Of a DNA stretch of 64,000 nucleotides, positions 42,570-49,952 are shown piece after piece. The translations under genes and the position numbers were made by a program. Positions within the stretch are counted from its first letter, which is position 1, and each line of letters opens with the position of its first letter. The notes beneath the pieces are model-generated. The model had not been told where the DNA came from. It saw only the letters and a program-made list of their open reading frames with translations, and made no database searches. This stretch comes from an uncultured virus (IMG/VR IMGVR_UViG_2061766007_000136) (lineage: Duplodnaviria; Heunggongvirae; Uroviricota; Caudoviricetes), in the IMG/VR virus record IMGVR_UViG_2061766007_000136; one strand, written 5' to 3'.

Positions 42570-43012
42570 TGGACTATAAAATCTGTTTAAATTGCCCTCA
42601 TGCCCATGAAAACGAACTGGTTTTCTATGGCAAGAACATCGTATCATGCGATTGCGCGGTCAGATTCTACAAACTCGGAGATGAAGCCGACCAAGCAGGG
42701 AATGTGCTGGCAATATCGCAACACACGGTGCGTTGCAATAACCTTGTACGCAACGAGTTGTTCAATACGGTAGAGCTGACCGACAGAAAATGCGATTTCT
42801 ATACCGAGCACATGATGCACGACTTGAACCAGAACTGGTTTGACAAGATTCTTGGCAAGCTGATGACATGCTATGTTGGAACGAAAATCGTATTGAGGAA
42901 GAAGTACAATGCCCAGATGATTATGCCGATATTCATTCTAGGTCTGTTCATTGGAATGATTGTCCTGAATACCATCGTTGGAATAATGCATCTATTGTCG
43001 ATATTTAAGTAA
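42569..43012 (+). CDS. hypothetical protein with C-terminal TM helix
   Basis: N-terminal CLNC; hydrophobic C-terminus. Confidence 0.7.
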   Translation: MDYKICLNCPHAHENELVFYGKNIVSCDCAVRFYKLGDEADQAGNVLAISQHTVRCNNLVRNELFNTVELTDRKCDFYTEHMMHDLNQNWFDKILGKLMTCYVGTKIVLRKKYNAQMIMPIFILGLFIGMIVLNTIVGIMHLLSIFK

Positions 43013-43028
43013 AAGGAGGATATGAAAC

Positions 43029-43535
43029 ATGATTGTGATAGGATATCAGGGAATCGGAAAATCCACGATGGCAAAAGGCGACATGTCGGTTATCGACTTG
43101 GAATCGTCATGCTACACGTGGGGAAGCAGAAAGTTGGAAGACTGGTACAAGGCTTACGCCGACACCGCCCTTCACCTGTCAAGTCAGGGATACACGGTGT
43201 TCACGGCGACGCACGCGCCTGTCAGGGAATGGATTGGCTTGCACAACACGACATTCAATATCGGAGTCCACATCGACGGTATGTACGAACAGCAGATTAT
43301 GGCTGTCGTGCCAGATGTCAGGCTGAAGGACGAATGGATTGCAAAACTTTGGAAACGGTATGAAGACACCAAGTTGATGAAAGATTACTGCGCTTGGATG
43401 AATGCCGACGACCGATACATCGACAACATCAATGAAATCTTGGCTGATGCGAAAAAATATTCTTGGAAGACGGTCATCATCCCGTCGATGGAATACAATC
43501 TGAAAGAACTGGTTGAAAAGGCGAGGAATGAATAA
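43029..43535 (+). CDS. P-loop kinase-like protein
   Basis: IVIGYQGIGKST, IDLESS. Confidence 0.8.
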   Translation: MIVIGYQGIGKSTMAKGDMSVIDLESSCYTWGSRKLEDWYKAYADTALHLSSQGYTVFTATHAPVREWIGLHNTTFNIGVHIDGMYEQQIMAVVPDVRLKDEWIAKLWKRYEDTKLMKDYCAWMNADDRYIDNINEILADAKKYSWKTVIIPSMEYNLKELVEKARNE

Positions 43536-44038
43536 TGAAATCCAGAATCGGGTTTGTCAGCAATTCATCGTCAAGCTCGTTCATAGTGCCTGTTGACATC
43601 GAGAAACAGGGAATACGCGGTATATCCTGCATTAAGTTGCCGAGGGAGATATGGAGGGCGATTGAAAGGAACCATGTCGAATGGAACGGGAAGAAATTCG
43701 ATTTGTCCTCATCGCACGAATGGTGGTTGACCGAGATGGTGTCGGACTGCACTGAAGCATGGTCTGAAATCTCCGACATACCGAATGCCATTGCGTATCT
43801 GGAAGGAAACGACATGCCATACGGATGCTACGACGAAGAAGGAGAAAAGGCGTACATCAAATTCAAAAAGGACGACCAGAATTACTGGATACTGCTGTCG
43901 GATTTCATAGACGAAGAAGGGGACAGCGACATACCTGAATCCGTTGAATTGAGAGAAAAGGCGCGTCGTATCTTCAACACAAAGGCGTTGAACAAGACGC
44001 AGAAGCTCAATGCACTGATGCACATATTTGATTTTTAA
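43535..44038 (+). CDS. SNSSSS-leader family protein 5
   Basis: MKSRIGFVSNSSSSSF. Confidence 0.85.
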   Translation: MKSRIGFVSNSSSSSFIVPVDIEKQGIRGISCIKLPREIWRAIERNHVEWNGKKFDLSSSHEWWLTEMVSDCTEAWSEISDIPNAIAYLEGNDMPYGCYDEEGEKAYIKFKKDDQNYWILLSDFIDEEGDSDIPESVELREKARRIFNTKALNKTQKLNALMHIFDF

Positions 44039-44131
44039 GGAATTTGCAATTTGATTCATAATTTTCAGAAAAAGTATCCATTAACGCATTACCATCCGAA
44101 TTTGAGGAATGAAAATATTTTTCAGATTGAT

Positions 44132-44159
44132 TTGCATTCTGGAAAATCCAATGTATATT
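44132..44159 (+). promoter_or_regulatory. Recurrent promoter TTGCAT-N16-TATATT
   Basis: Matches consensus; shares ATGTATATTAATTGGT.TTGACA with the 44745 promoter region. Confidence 0.7.
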
Positions 44160-44247
44160 AATTGGTATTGACAGAAAAATTATGGAATGAAAAAGGCAAC
44201 CCGTTTCTCTGCTACTGGTGGACTCTATCGACCAAAACAAGGAAAAA

Positions 44248-44703
44248 ATGAGCGATTGCAACAAAATCAATTATTACAAGGAGAAGATGCAGGGTTTCAT
44301 CAAAATGTTCGACGACGAGGCGAACAGACTCCTTGACCAGAAACGAAAACAGTTTGAACTTGAAGAAGACACGCTTGGATATGTGAGACTTGACAAGATA
44401 AGGGAGGACATGCTAGCTTCCTGTGTGCGGATTAGCCCAAGGTTGAACCGCAAGAACCCCGATTTCAAGGAAGCCGACGAGGAGTTTATGCTGTACGTCA
44501 GTTCAGCCATATGCTTCGTCAAGGAAGTGTCCAGTATCGAATGGTTCGAAATAAAATACTCCTTGGCTTACGAAAGTTTCCTCCGTGAATGTATTGGGCA
44601 TGTTTTTCCGTATGAGATAAATGTGCTTTACTACGGGATAAGAGGCTTTCTTAATTGCGTCAGGACTCTCCTCATAAAGGAAGGTCTGACAAAAATAGGA
44701 TGA
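44248..44703 (+). CDS. hypothetical protein
   Basis: AAGGA SD. Confidence 0.7.
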   Translation: MSDCNKINYYKEKMQGFIKMFDDEANRLLDQKRKQFELEEDTLGYVRLDKIREDMLASCVRISPRLNRKNPDFKEADEEFMLYVSSAICFVKEVSSIEWFEIKYSLAYESFLRECIGHVFPYEINVLYYGIRGFLNCVRTLLIKEGLTKIG

Positions 44704-44744
44704 GCCGTCAGATTCCCTTTCGAAAAAATAATTTTCGGTCTGAC

Positions 44745-44772
44745 TTGCAATCCAGCGTCCATGATGTATATT
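44745..44772 (+). promoter_or_regulatory. Recurrent promoter TTGCAA-N16-TATATT
   Basis: Matches consensus. Confidence 0.7.
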
Positions 44773-44816
44773 AATTGGTGTTGACAAAAAAATCAAAAGC
44801 ACAAAGGAGTTCAAAA

Positions 44817-45650
44817 ATGAAAAGCCTGTCCGACAACAAGACCTATCTTGAAAAGATGCGCAACGCCTTCGCTGACAAGGCGTGGTTTATGAAGACCATT
44901 CCGACCGACGTGAAGACGGTCATAGACTTCGGCTCTGCCGACAATTCTTTCATACGGTACATGAAGGAATCCCGTCCCGACCTGCGCTACATCGGCATCG
45001 ACAACAACCCATACTTCCTAAAACTGTCCAAGGAGCAGGGGCAGGAATGCTACGAATCCTTGACGCAGATGAAAGAAAACATGGACTACGACAAGGGCAC
45101 GACGTTGCTTGTCCTGAACAGCGTTCTCCATGAAGTCTATTCCTACGGCTATGCTGAGAATTTCTGGGACGAAATCCTCGCGCTGTCCCCAAGATACGTC
45201 GTCGTCCGCGACATGTACGCTAGCAACTGCGACAGCTTCGGTTCCATAGAATTCAGGGCGATGGAGTCCATCATCGAGAAGTCCTTCTCCATGAACGAGC
45301 ACTACAAGGACTTCATCGAGAAGTGGGGGCGGGTGCGCGACGGCTACACTGCAATCCACTTCCTTCTCAAATACTTCTACGATGAAAACTGGACACGGGA
45401 AGTGGCGGAAAACTACATCCCGTTCACGTACCGAGAACTGTACAGGAAAATCCGAGAAGTCGGCTACAATGTCACCCACAGCGAATTCTACCTGCTTCCG
45501 TTTCTGAAGAACAAATGGCTCAAGGATTTCAAATGCGAAGGCACGTCGTTCAGCGAAAGCGAGAAGGCGAATGCGGTCATGCGCGGATTCATCACAAGAA
45601 TCCTGACACACATGAAAATTTCTCTTGTAAAAGAAGAAAATTTTGATTGA
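44817..45650 (+). CDS. class I SAM-dependent methyltransferase
   Basis: VIDFGSAD, YIGID, NSVLHEVYSY, VVVRD. Confidence 0.8.
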   Translation: MKSLSDNKTYLEKMRNAFADKAWFMKTIPTDVKTVIDFGSADNSFIRYMKESRPDLRYIGIDNNPYFLKLSKEQGQECYESLTQMKENMDYDKGTTLLVLNSVLHEVYSYGYAENFWDEILALSPRYVVVRDMYASNCDSFGSIEFRAMESIIEKSFSMNEHYKDFIEKWGRVRDGYTAIHFLLKYFYDENWTREVAENYIPFTYRELYRKIREVGYNVTHSEFYLLPFLKNKWLKDFKCEGTSFSESEKANAVMRGFITRILTHMKISLVKEENFD

Positions 45651-45654
45651 CAGC

Positions 45655-45682
45655 TTGACAAAAAAGAAAAACAAGTCATATT
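45655..45682 (+). promoter_or_regulatory. Recurrent promoter TTGACA-N16-CATATT upstream of the ncRNA block
   Basis: Matches consensus; no SD-led ORF follows for ~700 nt. Confidence 0.7.
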
Positions 45683-45735
45683 AATAGTGTAAAACAAAAA
45701 CAACGGCTCTTTAAAAACAGTAACAGTACGATTTC

Positions 45736-45801
45736 AAAGACGATTACAGCAACCCACCAGCAAAAGAATTGTAATCTTTAGAAGCTAGAAACATCGTCTT
45801 G
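45736..45801 (+). ncRNA. ACAGCAA-motif hairpin RNA, copy 1
   Basis: AAGACGAT/ATCGTCTT stem, ACAGCAACC, internal AAAGA-ATTGTAA-TCTTT hairpin. Confidence 0.55.
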
Positions 45802-45808
45802 TTCAAGT

Positions 45809-45879
45809 AAAGACCCAAACAGCAACCTCACTTGATAATCCGCACCAAATCGCAGATACCTATCGAAAATTGGGTCTTG
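45809..45879 (+). ncRNA. ACAGCAA-motif hairpin RNA, copy 2
   Basis: AAGACCCAA/TTGGGTCTT stem, ACAGCAACC; compensatory changes versus copy 1. Confidence 0.55.
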
Positions 45880-45894
45880 ACATTTAAAAAAGAT

Positions 45895-46163
45895 TTCCCT
45901 CCATATCCGAAAACAAGGGGAGGGAATATGAGACCGCCCACACTTGCCCTTCATTACAAGAGCCATCTACGGATGACTTGGAAGGCAGTGAGAAACATGG
46001 GTGCGTGGCGAATCCTAGGAAAGTAACCACGGGGTGTTGGTCGTTCACTTCGGCAACAACGACCAGCTAGCCAGTGCTAGAAGCTGGCTCGGAGACATTA
46101 TCGCAGAAATGGCTTTTTAAATCATTCAGACATGCAAAAACGCATGAGCCGAAGGATGTCTCT
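45895..46163 (+). ncRNA. candidate multi-helix structured RNA
   Basis: About six helices, including C(UACG)G and C(UUCG)G loops. Confidence 0.5.
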
Positions 46164-46199
46164 TAAAATCACGCGACACATGGTTGCCACTCTGCGTCC

Positions 46200-46282
46200 C
46201 TCCCAGTGGTGGAATTGGCATACACGACGCACAGGCTTGCGTCCCTAGAAATAGGTTGAAGGTTCGAATCCTTCCTGGAGCT
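46200..46282 (+). pseudogene. degenerate type II (Leu/Ser-like) tRNA
   Basis: TGGTGGAATTGGCATACAC D-arm, GAAGG-TTCGAAT-CCTTC T-arm, long variable arm; aberrant anticodon loop, imperfect acceptor stem, no CCA. Confidence 0.65.
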
Positions 46283-46290
46283 TCTTCTTT

Positions 46291-46390
46291 CCCGATACTG
46301 AACTCATCATGCAAATCATTGTTTTAGATTACCTCCCTCTCCTCCCCTAAAAATAAAACAGCATGGTGATTCAGCATCGGGCATTTTTTT
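46291..46390 (+). other. long hairpin with C-rich loop followed by T-tract
   Basis: CCCGATACTGAACTCATCATGC pairs with GCATGGTGATTCAGCATCGGG. Confidence 0.55.
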
Positions 46391-46399
46391 AAAACGACG

Positions 46400-46993
46400 A
46401 TGGACGGAAAAGCATACGCAAACAGGAAGAAGATTGAAGACAGACCAGAAGGAGACTTCTACGCCACGCCACGAAGTCTGATGTGGGTGGCTGAAAGCCT
46501 CTTCAAGGATGTCTTCTGGATTTCCATGCCAATCCTAGACCCCTGCTGTGGAAACGGGGTGATGGGGCAGGAGTTGTCGAAGATGGGTTTTCGCGTTGAT
46601 GAAAACGACCTCTATAAAAGGGACGGGGTTGATTATCTCCAAAATGACTGGAACCAGCGTCAAGTCGTCATGAACCCTCCGTTTTCGCAATGGGATGCCT
46701 TCGTGGAAAAGGCGAAATCCCATGCGAGCAAGGTCATGGCGATTGGAAGGCTGAACTACCTTTCCACCCAGTCCAGATACCAGTCGGATATTTGGAAGCA
46801 TCTGAAGTCCGTCAACGTCTTCACGCGGTATGTGGACTACCAGACACCTGAAAGGTACGACGGATGCTTCTGCGTCGGGGCGATGGCGACTGGGTGGTTC
46901 GTATGGGACATGTTTTACGACGGATGCCCGATGCTTTCGTTTCTGGACGTGCAGAAATACGCCACGTTAGGCAACTTTAAAAAGAAGAAATAA
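46400..46993 (+). CDS. DNA adenine methyltransferase (short NPPF type)
   Basis: DFYATP, ILDPCCGNG, MNPPF. Confidence 0.88.
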   Translation: MDGKAYANRKKIEDRPEGDFYATPRSLMWVAESLFKDVFWISMPILDPCCGNGVMGQELSKMGFRVDENDLYKRDGVDYLQNDWNQRQVVMNPPFSQWDAFVEKAKSHASKVMAIGRLNYLSTQSRYQSDIWKHLKSVNVFTRYVDYQTPERYDGCFCVGAMATGWFVWDMFYDGCPMLSFLDVQKYATLGNFKKKK

Positions 46994-47038
46994 TAAAATA
47001 CTTATAATAGGCTTTATTATCTGATAAAAAACTTAAAT

Positions 47039-47073
47039 GGAGGGCGATATTGCTCGGCAGCAATCACGGTCTT
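47039..47073 (+). repeat. orphan 5' half of tRNA-Ser (direct repeat of 48125-48159)
   Basis: GGAGGGCGATATTGCTCGGCAGCAATCACGGTCTT, 33/35 identical to the downstream copy. Confidence 0.9.
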
Positions 47074-47105
47074 AATTTTATCTTCCTTCATAAAGGAGAT
47101 ATTTT

Positions 47106-48104
47106 ATGAATAACAAAATATTTACTTGTAAATATTGTGGTAAAAATTATAATGATAAAGGAAATTTAGCATTACATGAAGATGTTTGTATAAAAAATGT
47201 TAATGCTAATCATTATGAATCATCTTGTAAATATTGTGGAAAAATTTTTACAAAGGGAACAAAGGCTAATATTTTTGCTGCCACAAAAGCACATGAAATA
47301 AGTTGTAGTAAAAATCCTAATCATATTAATTACACTTGTAAAAAGTGTGGATTAACGTGTAAAACGAAAAACGGATTATTACAACATTCTTTAAAATGTA
47401 TTGGACCTAAGAAAAAAAATGAACATACTACTTGTATATTTTGTGGAAAAGAAATATTAAATGTTGGTTCATTAATATTTCATGAAAATTATTGTAAACT
47501 AAATCCTAATAAAAAAACATATTTACCTCATATTAAAAAATCCATTAAAGGTCATCCTGCATGGAATAAAGGATTGACAAAGAAAACAGATAAAAGAATA
47601 CAACTATTTTCAGAAAAAGCGAAAGAGAAAAATAAAAGGCTAAAAGAAAAAGGGAAAGCTATAGGAATAGCTTCAACACCTGAAAAAGAGCAAGAAAGAA
47701 GAAAGAAAATTTCAGAAACAATGAAAAAAAATCAGAATTCTGGTGGAAAAAGACAAGGTTCTGGAAAAGGTAAAAAAGGATGGTATAAAGGTTATTTTTG
47801 TGATTCTTCTTGGGAATTAGCTTTTGTAATTTATAATATAGACCATAATATTTCTTTCAACAGAAATTATCAAGGATTTGAATATGAGTACAAAGGAGAA
47901 AAACATAAATTTTATCCTGATTTTATTATGAGTGATAAAACATATGTTGAAATAAAAGGAGCAATGACAGAACAAAATAAAATAAAAATTGAAACATTTA
48001 AAGATAAACTTTATGTGATTGGAAAAAAAGAAATTTCCATATATCTTAATTATGTAATTAAGAAATATGGAAAAAATTTTATTGATTTATACGAAAAAAA
48101 ATAA
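47106..48104 (+). mobile_element. Homing-endonuclease-like gene (Zn-finger repeats + PD-(D/E)XK)
   Basis: AT-rich; four CxxCG...H...C units, AWNKGLTK, CDSSWEL, FYPDF, VEIKG. Confidence 0.85.
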
Positions 48105-48124
48105 TTTATTTACACCATATTATT

Positions 48125-48211
48125 GTAGGGCGATATTGCTCGGTAGCAATCACGGTCTTGAAAATCGTTGGCTCCTCACGGAGTGGGGTTCGACACCTCC
48201 GCCCTCCGCCA
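48125..48211 (+). tRNA. tRNA-Ser(UGA) with non-canonical 8/4 fold
   Basis: 8-nt acceptor strands, 6-bp D stem ATTGCT/AGCAAT, ACGGT-CTTGAAA-ATCGT, variable arm GCTCC/GGAGT, 4-bp T stem with TTCGACA, G73, encoded CCA. Confidence 0.88.
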
Positions 48212-48225
48212 TAAGGATTACAATC

Positions 48226-48738
48226 ATGCATTACAATTTCAATCAGGACATCGTTGATGGAGAAGAAGGCGAGAAACGGGTCGCCAGCCTTCTCTGCGAC
48301 AAATGCGACGCAATCATCTCGGTCAAGCACAACAACGACAACAAGTACGACTGGAAAATCGACTTGGACAACGGAGATTCAATAACGGTCGAAGTGAAGA
48401 GCGACATGATGATTGGACGCACTGGGAACTTCGCCTTCGAGACTCGGTGCAGAGGCAAGGATTCTGGCATCAATGTCACGCAGTCCGACTTGTTCGTGGT
48501 ATATTGCCATGAGAACAACAAGGAACACGCCTATGCATTCAGGACGGAATACGTCAGGAATCTGGTGAAGTACGGGAATTACTCGCTTGTAAGCGGTGGG
48601 GACAAGGACAAGGACGGGAATCCAGTCACGGAGATGGTGCTTGTCCCGAAGGACGACGTTTACAGGGACATGAGCGACATAACTGTGAAAGCCAACATCG
48701 ACTTGAGGAAGTTCGCAAAGGAATGCAGGAAGGTATAA
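48226..48738 (+). CDS. PD-(D/E)XK nuclease-family protein
   Basis: GEEGEKRV, YDW, VEVKSD, TGNFAFE, SGINVTQSD. Confidence 0.8.
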   Translation: MHYNFNQDIVDGEEGEKRVASLLCDKCDAIISVKHNNDNKYDWKIDLDNGDSITVEVKSDMMIGRTGNFAFETRCRGKDSGINVTQSDLFVVYCHENNKEHAYAFRTEYVRNLVKYGNYSLVSGGDKDKDGNPVTEMVLVPKDDVYRDMSDITVKANIDLRKFAKECRKV

Positions 48739-48825
48739 TAAATAAGTTCTTTTATAGAACTAATTCACAATGTATGAATGTTAAAAGTACGAAAGTAAAG
48801 ACAAAAAACAAAAAGAGGTAAAAAA

Positions 48826-49797
48826 ATGAAGAAAATGATTCTGTTCGTTGTGTGTGCAATGATTTGCACTGTGGCTGTGGCTCAGGAAGTCGCGCAGTCC
48901 TACGCCGTGTTCGACTTCAAGGTGACGTTCAAGAGAATCGAACCTGTCCTATCCACGTTCAAGGCAACAGGTGTCAACTCGAAGCACATCTCCTACAATC
49001 TCGTTACCGACAGCATCAAGGGCTACCTCGTGGTTCCTGAATGCTGTGACGCTATCGTTGCTGGCGCATGCACGTCCTGCGGTGATATCACGCCGTTCGG
49101 TTGCGACGGCATCGGTGAATCGCTTTCCTACCTGTACATCGCCCGTGGTGGCGAGAGGCAGGAGAAGACGACGCTGGTGAAGGTCAAAGCCGACAATATC
49201 GTGGCTACGGTCTTCGGCGTTGGCGCGAATTCCGCCTATATCGGAACCGACAAGGAAGACGAAGTGTTCAAGAAGCTGAGAAAATCGTCCCTGTCGATGA
49301 CATGCATCTTCCCTGAAGGCATGTTCGAATCCCGTCCGTTCCCTGTAAGTGGTGCCGACACCACTGGCATGCGTGAACTCGACTACGGCTATCTCGGTCT
49401 GACCTGCTTGAACGGCGTTGTGATGTTCTCTGGCTACGGCACCGCCACGCCAGTCGTGAAGTCCTCAGCCACCTACGGCTACTGCTCGTCCTCGGTCACG
49501 TCCATCAAGTGCCTCCGCATCAGCTCCATCAGCGGTACGCTGACAGGCATGTTCAACTACGGCAACACGGCGTTGTGCCTTACGTGCGACGAATTCTCCA
49601 TCACGAATCCGTGCGCGTATTTCACTCCCGAATACCAGTCACCTGTGACGGGTACATGGACGCTCCGCTACAACACGTCCTTGTCTGGAAAGAAGATTAC
49701 GGACGAAACCGAGCTTGAGGCGTTGCTCATGAAGAACTTGAACAAGAAACAGGTTTTCGATGTCGAATTCATGATGGATTCCAAAGAAGAAGAATAA
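48826..49797 (+). CDS. secreted Cys-rich beta protein
   Basis: Signal peptide MKKMILFVVCAMICTVAVA; many Cys; GC-rich codons. Confidence 0.8.
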   Translation: MKKMILFVVCAMICTVAVAQEVAQSYAVFDFKVTFKRIEPVLSTFKATGVNSKHISYNLVTDSIKGYLVVPECCDAIVAGACTSCGDITPFGCDGIGESLSYLYIARGGERQEKTTLVKVKADNIVATVFGVGANSAYIGTDKEDEVFKKLRKSSLSMTCIFPEGMFESRPFPVSGADTTGMRELDYGYLGLTCLNGVVMFSGYGTATPVVKSSATYGYCSSSVTSIKCLRISSISGTLTGMFNYGNTALCLTCDEFSITNPCAYFTPEYQSPVTGTWTLRYNTSLSGKKITDETELEALLMKNLNKKQVFDVEFMMDSKEEE

Positions 49798-49818
49798 TTA
49801 GCTGATTCTCCTCCCTCC

Positions 49819-49903
49819 AAGCACCGCGCCGTGTGTAAAAAACATGGTGCGGTGCTTTTTTATTGTCATCATCATTTGCATTTTGCAAAAAAGGATGTAT
49901 ATT
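49819..49903 (+). terminator. terminator followed by recurrent promoter (49876-49903)
   Basis: AAGCACCGCGCC...GGTGCGGTGCTTTTTT then TTGCAT-N16-TATATT. Confidence 0.7.
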
Positions 49904-49952
49904 AAGATTGTAAGCGAAAATACAATCATTTTTATACAAAGGAGTCATAACT

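Noticed and set aside
45736..45879. CRISPR mini-array
   Set aside because: Only two units, conserved in pairing rather than as exact repeats; no cas genes in the window.
47074..48159. Group I intron in the tRNA
   Set aside because: The ORF and the duplicated tRNA half fill almost the whole interval; no room or motifs for a ribozyme core.
48125..48211. tRNA-Sec or opal suppressor
   Set aside because: The anticodon is UGA (reads UCA, Ser), not UCA.
48067..48225. N-terminal extension of the nuclease ORF given in the ORF track
   Set aside because: It overlaps the tRNA; ATG 48226 has its own AAGGA SD.
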